In this document: one piece after another, positions 1 to 10,620 of the stretch
Position numbering within the stretch: the first letter of the stretch is position 1
Layout of the letters: each line of letters begins with the position of its first letter
DNA from: Tubiluchus corallicola
Lineage: Eukaryota; Animalia; Priapulida
NCBI GenBank assembly: GCA_030141605.1
Contig: JAQGDQ010002409.1
Coordinates: forward strand, 8,799-72,798
Reading direction: 5' to 3'
Length of the DNA stretch: 64,000 nt
Notes under the pieces: model-generated
Told to the model about the DNA's origin: nothing
The model's input: the letters and a program-made list of their open reading frames with translations, nothing else
The model's database searches: none
Position numbers and translations under genes: made by a program

Positions 1-2
1 AA

Positions 3-1814
3 ATCATAAATGAAAATACAGCCAAAACCCTTGCTACAAAAGAAGTATTTTTAAAAGCTAATGAAAACAAGGTACAAATTGATTTTGAGATAGACAACCC
101 AAAACTATGGTGGTCTAATGGGCTAGGAGAGCCTTACTTGTATGGTCTTAAAGTAGAGCTACATAAAGGAAATAAAGTTTTGGATATAGACAAAAAGAAT
201 ATAGGAATACGTACCATAAAACTCGTTCAAAACAAAGATGAAATAGGAAAATCATTTCATTTTGAACTAAACGGCATACCTGTATTTATGAAAGGTGCAA
301 ACTACATACCCATAGACAATTTCTTAAACCGTGTTACACCCGAAAAATATGAACAAGTAGTACAAACAGCAGTAGATGCCAATATGAATATGTTAAGAGT
401 TTGGGGAGGGGGTATTTATGAAAACAAAATATTTTACAACTTATGCGATAAGTACGGCATATTAGTATGGCAAGATTTTATGTTTGCTTGTAGCCTCTAT
501 CCCGGTGATGACGAATTTGTAGAAAATGTTAAAAAAGAAGTAACGCAAAATATTATCAGACTTAGAAACCACCCATCTATTGCCTTATGGTGTGGGAACA
601 ACGAAATAGAGTGGGCTTGGAAAGGCTGGGGACTACAAAAACAATTCAAATGGTCTAAGAAAGACTCTTCAACCATTATCAACGATTATAACAGGATGTT
701 TAACGAAATTATCCCTCATCTCATACAACAATATGACAATCGCGACTATTGGTCTTCATCTCCTTCATTTGACAAATATGGAAAGCATCTGGACACCTTT
801 GGCGACCGCCATCTGTGGGATGTATGGAAAGGAAGAAAAAATTGGAACTACTACAAAGACAATGTGCCACGCTTTATGAGTGAGTATGGATATCAAGGCT
901 ACCCTGATATGAAAACTATTGAAACATTTACCAAGCCCGAAGATAGAAAACTTGGTACAGAAGCTATGCAATTTCACCAAAAAGCAAAATTAGGAAACAA
1001 GCGAATAAAAACAGGTGTGGAGAGAGAGTTTGGGCTGAACGACAAGGATTTTTCAGCATTCGTTTATCTATCTCAACTCTATCAAGCCTATGATGTAAAA
1101 TTTGCCATTGAAACACATCGTAGAAACATGCCCTATTGTATGGGAACTCTTTATTGGCAGTTAAACGACTGCTACCCCGCTGCAAGCTGGGCAAGTGTAG
1201 ATTACAATGGCAGGTGGAAAGCTTTACATTATGCTGTAAAAGATATTTACAAAGATGTTATTGTTTCGACAACAGAAGATGACGGTAGATTAGGGATATT
1301 TGTCATTTCTGACAAGATAGAAGAAACACGAGCAGAACTAAAATTGAAACTTATTGACTTTGATGGGAAAACATTGTGGAAGAAGAAGCTCAAAACAACA
1401 ATTGCCCCACAATCAAGCAAAGAACATTACTCCATAGAAACAAATAAGATTATTGGTAAAAATGAGAAAAACAATATTGTATTAGTTGCAGAGCTTACTT
1501 CAAATAACAAGACATTACATAAAAGCCTATTTTACTTTATTCCTAGCAAAGAACTACAACTTTACAAAGATAATAGCATAACAAAAAGTATTACGAAAAA
1601 AGGAAATAACTATGAAATTACATTAACATCAAATAAATTAGCAAAAGGAGTATTTCTTTCCTTGAAGGAAGCAGATGGTAGTTGGTCAGACAACTACTTT
1701 GACTTACTACCCAACGAAACAAAACGAATAATTCTAAAACCTAATAAAGAAATTAAAAACATAGAAAATGAAATACAAATTAGAACTTTGGCAGAGACTA
1801 TTCTAAAAATATAA
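3..1814 (+). CDS. GH2 beta-mannosidase (5' end outside window)
   Basis: Frame is open from base 3 (IINENTAK...PKLWWSNGLGEPYLY). Motifs KGANYIP, RVWGGG, WQDFMFAC, WCGNNE (acid/base), SEYG (nucleophile) and YWQLND are typical of GH2 beta-mannosidases. Confidence 0.9.
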   Translation: MINENTAKTLATKEVFLKANENKVQIDFEIDNPKLWWSNGLGEPYLYGLKVELHKGNKVLDIDKKNIGIRTIKLVQNKDEIGKSFHFELNGIPVFMKGANYIPIDNFLNRVTPEKYEQVVQTAVDANMNMLRVWGGGIYENKIFYNLCDKYGILVWQDFMFACSLYPGDDEFVENVKKEVTQNIIRLRNHPSIALWCGNNEIEWAWKGWGLQKQFKWSKKDSSTIINDYNRMFNEIIPHLIQQYDNRDYWSSSPSFDKYGKHLDTFGDRHLWDVWKGRKNWNYYKDNVPRFMSEYGYQGYPDMKTIETFTKPEDRKLGTEAMQFHQKAKLGNKRIKTGVEREFGLNDKDFSAFVYLSQLYQAYDVKFAIETHRRNMPYCMGTLYWQLNDCYPAASWASVDYNGRWKALHYAVKDIYKDVIVSTTEDDGRLGIFVISDKIEETRAELKLKLIDFDGKTLWKKKLKTTIAPQSSKEHYSIETNKIIGKNEKNNIVLVAELTSNNKTLHKSLFYFIPSKELQLYKDNSITKSITKKGNNYEITLTSNKLAKGVFLSLKEADGSWSDNYFDLLPNETKRIILKPNKEIKNIENEIQIRTLAETILKI

Positions 1815-1852
1815 GTAAATATTAACAGAAAATTAACAACAACAAATACATT

Positions 1853-3649
1853 ATGAAAATGACTTACATTCTACAACTAACAAGGGCTTTTCTTATCATA
1901 CTTTTTTTATTTGTATTTCATCTTCAGGATTCCTTTTCACAAGTAGGACAACCTAATGTTATACTTATATTAACAGACGACCAAGGATATGGAGACCTTA
2001 GTATAACAGGAAATTCTTATATAGAAACTCCTCAAATAGATAAGTTTGCAAAAGCCAACATTACATTAGACAGGTTTATGGTATCAGCTGTATGCTCACC
2101 TACAAGAGCCAGTTTACTGACAGGACGCTACCACCTTGCAACAGGCGTAAATTGGGTAACAAGAAGAAAAGAAGTAATGAGCAGTAACGAAATTACCATA
2201 GCCGAAATATTTAAAGAAGCAGGTTACAAAACAGGCTGTTTTGGTAAATGGCACAATGGAGCTCAATATCCACACAACCCTAATGGACAAGGTTTTGACG
2301 AGTTTTGGGGCTTTTGTGCAGGACATTGGAACAATTACTTTTCTCCCATTTTAGAACACAACAACGGTGAATTTGTAAAAACCAAAGGCTATATTACTGA
2401 TATTTTAACAGACAAAGCCTTAGAATTTATAATAGAAAACAAAGATGAGCCCTTCTTTTGCTATATACCTTACAATGCTCCACACGGACCTTTTCAAGTA
2501 CCTGATAAGTATTTTAAAAAATATAAAAACAAAGGATTGAGCAACAAAGATGCTGCTATATATGGTATGTGTGAAAACATAGACGACAACTTTGGAAGGA
2601 TAATTAAAACCTTGGAAGAACACCATCTTTCAGACAATACAATTGTGATATACACCTCAGATAATGGACCTTACGGAAAGCGCTACAATGCACAAATGAA
2701 AGGCACAAAAGGCACAGTTCACGAAGGAGGAGTAAGAGTTCCCTTCTTTATGAAAGTTCCATCGCTCAACTCTCAAAGTTACACAGTCAAAGAACTCACA
2801 GCACACATAGACATACTCCCCACACTTGCAGAGCTTTGCAACGTTTCCATACCTAAGGAGATAGACATTCACGGGAAAAGTATAGTTTCATTGCTAAAAG
2901 GCGAAAATAAACTTTGGGAAGAACGCATTATTTTCACACACAATCAGCCTTGGACATTTGAAATTGCTCCTGCTGGTGCAGTAAGAACAGAAAAATACAG
3001 AATGGTATATAGCAGAAACAATGATACTCTGCTTTACAATATGCAAACAGACCCTTATCAATTGAACGATATTGCAAAACAAAACAAAGAGATAGTAGAA
3101 AAATTCAACAAGCTATACTACCAATGGTTTATGAATGTTACAATAAACGGTAAAGAACCACGAGCAGAGCCTATTGAAATAGGACATAAAGAAGCCCCCA
3201 AAGTTATTATGCCTGCTCACGAAGCACACCTAAAAGGAGGCGTAAAGTACAATGGAAAAAAAGGCTGGGCTAACGATTGGGCAACAAATTTTAAAAATAA
3301 AAAAGGAGTGATGGTTTGGGACATTAAAGTAGTAGAGGCTGGAAACTACGATATTCACATAAACTATGCTTGTCCTAAAAAAGACATAGGTTTCAATATC
3401 ATTGTAGAATACGGAGATAAAAAAACAACAACTGTTTTGGATAAGCCTTATAGTGCAAAGACTTTAAAAAGTCCCGACAGGGTGAAAAGAACAGAAGTAT
3501 ATGAAAAAAAATGGGGTAGTTTCCTTATCCAAAATGTAAAACTAAAAAAAGGAGAATATAAATTTAGGTTGAGGGTAGATGATAATATAAACAAAAACAA
3601 CGACTTCGCCCTTAAAGATGTAGTTGTATCTAAAACAATTGTTCAATAA
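1853..3649 (+). CDS. Cys-type formylglycine sulfatase (S1) with extra C-terminal beta-sandwich-like domain
   Basis: Signal peptide, PNVILILTDDQG, CSPTRASLLTG, GKWHNG and SDNG; about 150 extra aa after the sulfatase domain. Confidence 0.92.
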   Translation: MKMTYILQLTRAFLIILFLFVFHLQDSFSQVGQPNVILILTDDQGYGDLSITGNSYIETPQIDKFAKANITLDRFMVSAVCSPTRASLLTGRYHLATGVNWVTRRKEVMSSNEITIAEIFKEAGYKTGCFGKWHNGAQYPHNPNGQGFDEFWGFCAGHWNNYFSPILEHNNGEFVKTKGYITDILTDKALEFIIENKDEPFFCYIPYNAPHGPFQVPDKYFKKYKNKGLSNKDAAIYGMCENIDDNFGRIIKTLEEHHLSDNTIVIYTSDNGPYGKRYNAQMKGTKGTVHEGGVRVPFFMKVPSLNSQSYTVKELTAHIDILPTLAELCNVSIPKEIDIHGKSIVSLLKGENKLWEERIIFTHNQPWTFEIAPAGAVRTEKYRMVYSRNNDTLLYNMQTDPYQLNDIAKQNKEIVEKFNKLYYQWFMNVTINGKEPRAEPIEIGHKEAPKVIMPAHEAHLKGGVKYNGKKGWANDWATNFKNKKGVMVWDIKVVEAGNYDIHINYACPKKDIGFNIIVEYGDKKTTTVLDKPYSAKTLKSPDRVKRTEVYEKKWGSFLIQNVKLKKGEYKFRLRVDDNINKNNDFALKDVVVSKTIVQ

Positions 3650-3659
3650 CATAAAATTT

Positions 3660-5021
3660 ATGAAAATGTATAAACAAATCTTTCTTTTCTTCTGTGCAAT
3701 TATTCTTGCCTATAATATAACTAAGGCAGCAGACAAACCTAATATAATTATTATAGTTGCAGACGATTTAGGCTATGGAGACCTTTCTTGCTTTGGAGCA
3801 ACAGACTTGAAAACACCTAACATTGATAAGATAGCTGATAGTGGTATTAGGTTTACCAATTTTCACAGCAATTCTTCGGTATGCTCTCCTGCCAGAGCAT
3901 CGCTATTAACAGGGCGTTACCCTGATATGGTAGGTGTTCCGGGAGTTATTAGAAATAAAAAGAGTAATAGTTTTGGATATTTTTCTCCTGACGCTATTAC
4001 CCTGCCTCAAATAATCAAAAACGCAGGTTACAAAACAGCAATGATAGGTAAATGGCACCTTGGCTCTGCCTCTCCTAATCTGCCAAACGATAGAGGCTTT
4101 GACTTTTACAAAGGCTGGTTGCTTGGAATGACCGATTATTACAAACACGAAAGATATGGGCAAAATTGGATGTTTGAAAACAAAGAACGTATAACACCCA
4201 AGGGACACGTTACCGACTTGTTTACCAACTGGGCTATACAGTACATCAACGAGCAAAAAAACAAAGAGCAACCCTTCTGCTTGTTTTTGACTTATACTGC
4301 TCCACACACGCCTCTTCAACCTCGTCAAGATTACTTAGATGCCGTGTTGAAACGAGAAAAAAACATAGATACTAAGAGGGCTAAATACATTGGCTTGGTA
4401 GAGCATATGGACGATGGTATAGGACAAATTGTAGCAGCACTAAAAAAAGCAAATAAATATGACAACACACTTATTATTTTCACTTCCGACAATGGTGGGG
4501 TACTGAAAGCAGGAGCAAACAATGGTATATATAATGGAGAGAAAGGAGATGTTTTTGAGGGTGGGGTAAGAGTGCCTATGTGTCTTTCTTGGGGCAATAA
4601 AATACCTTCTAAACAAGTAAATAACCATTATGTAGCAATGATGGATATTTTTCCTACAATAGCAGATATAACAGGCGTAAATATTGATAACAACATAGAA
4701 GGAAAAACCTTTAAACCCTACATAGAAGGGCAGCAAGACAATTTATACCCCAACCGCTCTATCATATACGTAAGAAGGGGAGGAGGGTCAGGAAAATTTG
4801 GTGCTGCATTTTACGGAGTACAAAAAGGAAAGTGGAAACTTTTGCAGAACAGTTCTTTTGAACCGATGAGATTCTATAATATGGAAACGGATTTCGTAGA
4901 GAAAAATCCTATAAACCCGAAAGAAAGACCTAAGCAGCACAAAGAATTTATCAGTACATTACAGAAACATATTATTCAGGCAGGAAAAATACCTTGGGGA
5001 AATAGCAGTGCAGATGATTAA
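3660..5021 (+). CDS. Cys-type sulfatase (S1)
   Basis: PNIIIIVADDLG, CSPARASLLTG, GKWHLG and SDNGG. ATG at 3660 gives a clean signal peptide, whereas the ORF-track start at 3624 overlaps the previous gene. Confidence 0.92.
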   Translation: MKMYKQIFLFFCAIILAYNITKAADKPNIIIIVADDLGYGDLSCFGATDLKTPNIDKIADSGIRFTNFHSNSSVCSPARASLLTGRYPDMVGVPGVIRNKKSNSFGYFSPDAITLPQIIKNAGYKTAMIGKWHLGSASPNLPNDRGFDFYKGWLLGMTDYYKHERYGQNWMFENKERITPKGHVTDLFTNWAIQYINEQKNKEQPFCLFLTYTAPHTPLQPRQDYLDAVLKREKNIDTKRAKYIGLVEHMDDGIGQIVAALKKANKYDNTLIIFTSDNGGVLKAGANNGIYNGEKGDVFEGGVRVPMCLSWGNKIPSKQVNNHYVAMMDIFPTIADITGVNIDNNIEGKTFKPYIEGQQDNLYPNRSIIYVRRGGGSGKFGAAFYGVQKGKWKLLQNSSFEPMRFYNMETDFVEKNPINPKERPKQHKEFISTLQKHIIQAGKIPWGNSSADD

Positions 5022-5046
5022 CTTACTACAACATATTGCCCCTACA

Positions 5047-7086
5047 ATGAACCTAAGTTTTACTGCAAGGTTAATACTTCTTTGTGTAAGTATCTCTCTT
5101 ACTGCACAAGAGAATATCATACTCGAAGAAGACTTCCTTTCCAATAAAAATCTCAAAGAAATATCATTGAAAGGAAAAGGTAAAGGAAAATATAATATAT
5201 CCGACAATCAACTTAAAATAACTTCGGAGAATGAACATTACTATGGAATGTATTACCCACAACCTATTTCTGGGAGCTTTGAGGCAATTGTATCGTACAA
5301 AGAAGATAGAAATGTAGGTATTGCCATTATAAAAGAAAAAAATGGACAACCAGACTTGAACAATTACGTTATTTTCTGCATAACAAAAAACGAAGAAAAC
5401 ACCACCCAAATATATCTTTTAGACAAACAAAAGGGAAAAGAAAACATTTTAGACAATACAAAAATAATAGAAGACAAAGAATGGGCTTATCATCATAAAT
5501 TAGATGGTAAACAGTATTCTATTCCCTTTCAACATACTACGGGAAAGGCTAAAATATATTTAGATGCAGAGGCTAATTTTTTTCACTATTACTATGGTGT
5601 TGAAAAAAATATATATGGCAAAACCAAAGAGGGGTATATGGAAATTTCTCCTTCTAGAGCATTGGGGAAGAAAGGACAAAAATACTTTGTTGCTTTAATC
5701 TCCTTAGGTGGCAAAGTCAATTTTCAGAAGCTAACCATAAAAAACACATCCATCCAAGATATAGACAATACCCAAACAGGGTTTAAAGCTATGAGAAGAA
5801 ATTACACATGGTCAGGATTTTCGGGCGACGCTTTGGTAGTTACTTTTAGCAACGAGTTTCCATTCTGCAAAAATGACCATAAATTTGTGTTTTGGGAGCA
5901 GGCAAACTATATTCCCGTATGGCATATAAACAATCAACTATTGTTTTCTTATGAATTTGTAGAAACGTGGTGGAGCAAAACTCCACAAAACTGCTATGAG
6001 CCTATGTCCGACCGCCTCAACCGCTGGTCGAACGTAAAACTCATAGAAAATAACAAAGTGAGAAAAGTTGTTCGATGGGAATACGTCTTATGCAACCCTA
6101 ACTACAAGGTACCAATGGACGGCACAGGAAAACAACTGCCTGAGGTAAAAGAGTATTACTACATCTATCCTGATGGGAGTTTTACTCGTCATATTCATTA
6201 TTTTCCTAAACTTGATACAAAACATCGTTCTTGGCACGAGCTTAGCGAACTTATTGTAATAGCAGGCAATAAAACGCATCCAGCAGAACACTTGCAAACT
6301 CCTGCCTTAACTATTAGCAACTTAGAAAAAACACAAGAGTATCTGCACAAAGGGAAAAAAAGAACTCTATTTTCTACTGAAGAATGGAAGCAAGCCTTAT
6401 TAGTATCTCACCTCTTGCCCTCTACGGATGCTTTTTGTGCATTCTCCTTTGATGATAAGTTCCTTGAAACTTATTCAAACAGCAAATGTAAAGTAGATAT
6501 ATCGTGGCACGGAAGAAATTATAAAATGTCTCATTGGCCTGTGAGTAAAGAGCCTTATGTAGTTCCTTCTAAATCAAAAACACAATGGAAAGCAAGTGTA
6601 TCTCACACATCATTGGCAGGAGTGGGAGCTTTGAACGAAACAAGTTGGAAAGAAGATACATATTACCTCGTAGACAAAAGGGGAAGAAAATACCGCATTT
6701 GGGTAATGCTGGGAGGGTTGAGCCAATCGAACAATGTAGAATTTATAAAAGAGTATACAAAATGGTGGTTGTGGGAGAAAAACATAAGAATAAGTAAAAA
6801 CTCAACTTGTATATACGAAAAAAATAACCGAATAGATAAAACATTAGTGTTTGATAACACAAGTTCAACCTCAACCCCTAATTGTTCTTTTACCATTTCT
6901 GCTAATGACCAAGAAAAACTTATCAATCCTGTTATTTACATTAAGAATTGGAACAAAGAAACAATAAATGTAAAAATCAATGGAATTTTAAGCAAAGCAT
7001 TTAGATACCATTATTACAAAAATGGAAATGCTATTGTTTCAATAAATGGGATATATGACAGTGACTTAACAATAGAAATAAAATAA
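5047..7086 (+). CDS. Uncharacterised secreted protein in sulfatase cluster
   Basis: Long ORF; ATG at 5047 gives a signal peptide (MNLSFTARLILLCVSISLTA). Beta-strand-rich and aromatic-rich, with no catalytic motif that I recognise. Confidence 0.8.
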   Translation: MNLSFTARLILLCVSISLTAQENIILEEDFLSNKNLKEISLKGKGKGKYNISDNQLKITSENEHYYGMYYPQPISGSFEAIVSYKEDRNVGIAIIKEKNGQPDLNNYVIFCITKNEENTTQIYLLDKQKGKENILDNTKIIEDKEWAYHHKLDGKQYSIPFQHTTGKAKIYLDAEANFFHYYYGVEKNIYGKTKEGYMEISPSRALGKKGQKYFVALISLGGKVNFQKLTIKNTSIQDIDNTQTGFKAMRRNYTWSGFSGDALVVTFSNEFPFCKNDHKFVFWEQANYIPVWHINNQLLFSYEFVETWWSKTPQNCYEPMSDRLNRWSNVKLIENNKVRKVVRWEYVLCNPNYKVPMDGTGKQLPEVKEYYYIYPDGSFTRHIHYFPKLDTKHRSWHELSELIVIAGNKTHPAEHLQTPALTISNLEKTQEYLHKGKKRTLFSTEEWKQALLVSHLLPSTDAFCAFSFDDKFLETYSNSKCKVDISWHGRNYKMSHWPVSKEPYVVPSKSKTQWKASVSHTSLAGVGALNETSWKEDTYYLVDKRGRKYRIWVMLGGLSQSNNVEFIKEYTKWWLWEKNIRISKNSTCIYEKNNRIDKTLVFDNTSSTSTPNCSFTISANDQEKLINPVIYIKNWNKETINVKINGILSKAFRYHYYKNGNAIVSINGIYDSDLTIEIK

Positions 7087-7112
7087 CTACCAATAATAAG
7101 CAATTCAAAAAA

Positions 7113-8486
7113 ATGAAAAAAAACATCATTGCAATCAGCTGTTATATTCTTCTTTTTGCTTTTGGACTAACCAAAACACTGAAAGCAGAAAAAGAACAAC
7201 CGAACATAATAATCATATACACAGATGATCAAGGCTATTCCGACTTAGGGTGCTATGGTGCAGTGGGATTTGAAACACCCCATTTGGACAAAATGGCAGC
7301 AGAAGGAGTACGTTTTACAAACTTTTATGCAGGTTCAAATATATGTTCTCCATCAAGAATGGCAATGCTCACAGGACGTTACCCTGTCCGAGCTGGAATG
7401 CCCAAGGTATTGATGCACTATTCTAAAACAGGAATACATAAAGATGAAGTTACCATTGCAGAAATGCTAAAAGAGCAAGGGTATAAAACTGCCATTGTAG
7501 GTAAATGGCACTTGGGTCATTTCGAAGAGTCGTTACCTCTCCAACACGGATTTGACGAATTTTATGGCTTGCCTTTTTCTAACGACCTTAAAGTAAACGG
7601 AGTGCTTCCTTTCTACAAAGGGAACGAAGTAATAGAAAAGAACCCTGATAATTCTATGCTGACAACTCGCTACACAGAATATGCAGTTCAATTTATAAAA
7701 GAGAACAGAAACAATCCATTTTTTCTTTATCTCGCCCATTCTATGCCCCATACACCTTTGGGTGTTTCTGACAAATTTAAAGGTAAGTCAAATTTAGGTT
7801 TATATGGCGATGTAATGATGGAAATAGATTGGTCGGTTGGAGAAATAATGAAACAACTTAAAGAACTGGACTTAGATAAAGAAACATTGGTTTTCTTTTC
7901 TTCTGATAATGGTCCTTCTTTAAAACAAGGAAAACACGCAGGAAACTCCTACCCACTAAGAGAGGGAAAAGGAACAACCTTTGAAGGAGGACATAGAGTG
8001 CCATGTGTAATATGGATGCCTCAATCCATAGCAGAAGGAATAGTAGTAGATAAAATGGCTGCTCAAATAGATTGGTTTCCAACTATTGCACATATCTGTA
8101 AAGCCAATTTGCCTGATACAAAAATTGATGGTGTAAACCTATGGGACTTACTACTTGGCAAAGATGTTACTCCAAGAAAAGAGTTTTTCTTTTACAAAGC
8201 TGCTACATTAGAAGCTTACAGAAAGAAAGATTATAAACTACACTTGCCACACGGCTATTGGACACCTACAAATGAATTGATAGAAATAGGTAAGACAAAA
8301 CTTAAACAAGAAAGAAAAGAGATTGAATTATCATTATTTAATCTACAAACAAATATATCAGAAGATGATAACAAGCGAATTGATGACGAGGAAATAATAA
8401 AGAAGATGAAAAAACGAATGCAAACATTTGACGAAAAGTTGCAAAAAAATAAGAGAAAGCAATATAAAGTAAAAACAAATAATTAA
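7113..8486 (+). CDS. Cys-type arylsulfatase A-like sulfatase (S1)
   Basis: PNIIIIYTDDQG, CSPSRMAMLTG, GKWHLG, PFSND, SDNGP and GKGTTFEGG. Confidence 0.93.
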   Translation: MKKNIIAISCYILLFAFGLTKTLKAEKEQPNIIIIYTDDQGYSDLGCYGAVGFETPHLDKMAAEGVRFTNFYAGSNICSPSRMAMLTGRYPVRAGMPKVLMHYSKTGIHKDEVTIAEMLKEQGYKTAIVGKWHLGHFEESLPLQHGFDEFYGLPFSNDLKVNGVLPFYKGNEVIEKNPDNSMLTTRYTEYAVQFIKENRNNPFFLYLAHSMPHTPLGVSDKFKGKSNLGLYGDVMMEIDWSVGEIMKQLKELDLDKETLVFFSSDNGPSLKQGKHAGNSYPLREGKGTTFEGGHRVPCVIWMPQSIAEGIVVDKMAAQIDWFPTIAHICKANLPDTKIDGVNLWDLLLGKDVTPRKEFFFYKAATLEAYRKKDYKLHLPHGYWTPTNELIEIGKTKLKQERKEIELSLFNLQTNISEDDNKRIDDEEIIKKMKKRMQTFDEKLQKNKRKQYKVKTNN

Positions 8487-8524
8487 AATTATAATATAGT
8501 TCAAAATTTTAAATTAAATTTATT

Positions 8525-9841
8525 ATGAAAAATGCGAGCAAAATTTTAATAGGATTCTTGTCCCTAATAATTTCCGTTTCGTCTTATAGTGCCAAAAAGC
8601 CTAATGTAATATTAATACTTATTGACGATATAGGTGTAGAGGCTGTTACTTGCTATGGAGGTGAAAGTTATAATACTCCTCATTTAGACAAGTTAGCAGG
8701 AGAAGGAATACGTTTTGAACACTGTTATTCCCAACCTTTATGCACCCCTTCGCGTGTTAAAATAATGACGGGTAAATACAACTCTCGCAATTATGTAAAT
8801 TTTGGAATATTAAAAGATGGTGAATACACTTTTGCTAATGCTTTTCAGGACAATGGCTACAAGACTTGTGTCGCAGGTAAATGGCAACTCAGTCAGAATG
8901 TAGAAAATGCACTTGAAAAACCTTATGAGTTTGGGTTTCATACTTATGCTCTTTGGCAAATAGGGGATAAGGCAGATAAAGGTTCACGCTACAAATCACC
9001 TAGTATTTGGCAGGATGGAAAAAAAATAAAAAATACAGATGGAAAATATGGACCTGATATATTTGTTAATTTCATATTAGAATTTATTGAAAAGAATAAA
9101 AACGAACCTTTCTTTGTTTACTACCCTATGGCACTGGTTCACGACCCATTTCAACCTACTCCCAACCAAAAGAAATTTAAATCTATAGAAGGAGATAAGT
9201 CTTTGAACGAGCCTAAATACTTCAAAAACCAAGTGGAATATATGGATGAAATTTTTGAAAAAATAACCTCCAAATTAGACAAAGAAAACCTAAGGGAAAA
9301 CACTGTTATTATGATAGTGGGAGATAATGGAACACACTCCAAAATAGTTTCTACCTACAAGGGAGAAGAATACAAAGGCGGTAAAGGATGGTCTATCGCA
9401 GCTGGAACACACGTACCATTTATTGTGAATTGGCAAGGAACTGTAAAGTCTAACCAAGTAAATGATAACTTAATAGATTTCTCCGATTTCCTCCCTACAC
9501 TAATGGATATAATAGGGATGAAAACTCCTGATGACCTAGATGGAATAAGTTTTTACAATCAATTGATAGGGAAAAAGCACACTCCACGAGATTTTATATT
9601 TTGCAGTTATTTTGGAAAATCGAAGTATCCTAAAAAACAATTTGCCCATAATAAAAAATGGAAGTTATATGACGATGGAAGATTTTATAACATTAAAAAG
9701 GATAGATTAGAAAAGAATGATTTATCAAACAAAAACTTAGCAAAAGAAGCCCTAAAAACGAAAGAATATTTGCACAAAAAACTCTTTACTTATAGAAAAG
9801 AAGTGCCTGTGCAGCAAAAAAAGAAGAAAAAAAAGAAATAA
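8525..9841 (+). CDS. Cys-type sulfatase (S1)
   Basis: PNVILILIDDIG, CTPSRVKIMTG, GKWQL, YYPMALVH and GDNGT. Confidence 0.92.
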   Translation: MKNASKILIGFLSLIISVSSYSAKKPNVILILIDDIGVEAVTCYGGESYNTPHLDKLAGEGIRFEHCYSQPLCTPSRVKIMTGKYNSRNYVNFGILKDGEYTFANAFQDNGYKTCVAGKWQLSQNVENALEKPYEFGFHTYALWQIGDKADKGSRYKSPSIWQDGKKIKNTDGKYGPDIFVNFILEFIEKNKNEPFFVYYPMALVHDPFQPTPNQKKFKSIEGDKSLNEPKYFKNQVEYMDEIFEKITSKLDKENLRENTVIMIVGDNGTHSKIVSTYKGEEYKGGKGWSIAAGTHVPFIVNWQGTVKSNQVNDNLIDFSDFLPTLMDIIGMKTPDDLDGISFYNQLIGKKHTPRDFIFCSYFGKSKYPKKQFAHNKKWKLYDDGRFYNIKKDRLEKNDLSNKNLAKEALKTKEYLHKKLFTYRKEVPVQQKKKKKKK

Positions 9842-9890
9842 TTAGAGTAATGTAATAAGTATTAACACCAAAAATAATATTGCTTTTGAA

Positions 9891-9923
9891 TAGCAGTAAA
9901 AGTTAGCTTAACTTTTACTGCTA
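9891..9923 (+). terminator. Hairpin ending the sulfatase operon
   Basis: Perfect 15-bp inverted repeat TAGCAGTAAAAGTTA-gct-TAACTTTTACTGCTA, 50 bp after the last sulfatase stop; weak U tail. Confidence 0.65.
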
Positions 9924-9972
9924 ATTTCTAATACATTATTTAAATTTATACACTATTGCCAAAAATAATATT

Positions 9973-9980
9973 TACCTTTG
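9973..9980 (+). promoter_or_regulatory. Bacteroidota sigma -7 element (TAnnTTTG) for ruvC
   Basis: TACCTTTG about 20-30 bp upstream of the start. Confidence 0.6.
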
Positions 9981-10001
9981 CTTGTCTCTTTTTAATAAAA
10001 A

Positions 10002-10577
10002 TTGTTAGGTTTGAAACAAGAAAAAATAATACTTGGCATAGACCCCGGTACTACTGTAATGGGCTACGGTATCTTAAAAACAGAAGGAAAAAAGAAATCG
10101 CAAGTTCTTAGCTTTGGAGTATTGGAACTGCACAAGTACAACGATCATTACGTAAAATTAAAAAAGATATTTCAGCGTACTACACAATTAATAAAAGAAT
10201 ATCACCCTGACGAGCTGGCTATAGAGGCTCCATTCTATGGTAAAAACGTGCAATCAATGTTAAAACTTGGCAGAGCACAAGGAGCTGTTATAGCAGCCTG
10301 CTTAGAAAGAGAGATACCTATATTTGAATACGCACCTCGTAAAATAAAATTAGCTATTACAGGCACAGGTACTGCCTCCAAAGAACAAGTAGCCGACTTG
10401 CTCACTAAATTTTTAAAAATAAAAAACGAAATACAATACTTAGATGCTACTGATGGCTTAGCAGCAGCTTATTGCCATTTTATACAATCTAACTCCGCTA
10501 TTGCTACCACTAAAACCAATCAAAGTTGGGAGAGCTTTATTAAAGAAAATCCGGAGAAATTAAAAGTTGAATTATAA
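10002..10577 (+). CDS. ruvC: Holliday junction resolvase RuvC
   Basis: ILGIDPGT, LAIEAPFYGKN, LGRAQG, EYAPRKIK and DATDGLA. The TTG start could be 10002 or 10011. Confidence 0.95.
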   Translation: MLGLKQEKIILGIDPGTTVMGYGILKTEGKKKSQVLSFGVLELHKYNDHYVKLKKIFQRTTQLIKEYHPDELAIEAPFYGKNVQSMLKLGRAQGAVIAACLEREIPIFEYAPRKIKLAITGTGTASKEQVADLLTKFLKIKNEIQYLDATDGLAAAYCHFIQSNSAIATTKTNQSWESFIKENPEKLKVEL

Positions 10578-10620
10578 AAGATAGGTACACTATAACATAA
10601 GTAAGTTTTTGTATGAAAAA

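Noticed and set aside
9815-9841. Poly-Lys tail of the fourth sulfatase as a special signal
   Set aside because: Lys-rich C-termini from A-rich DNA are common in this genome (also in the third sulfatase and dnaQ).
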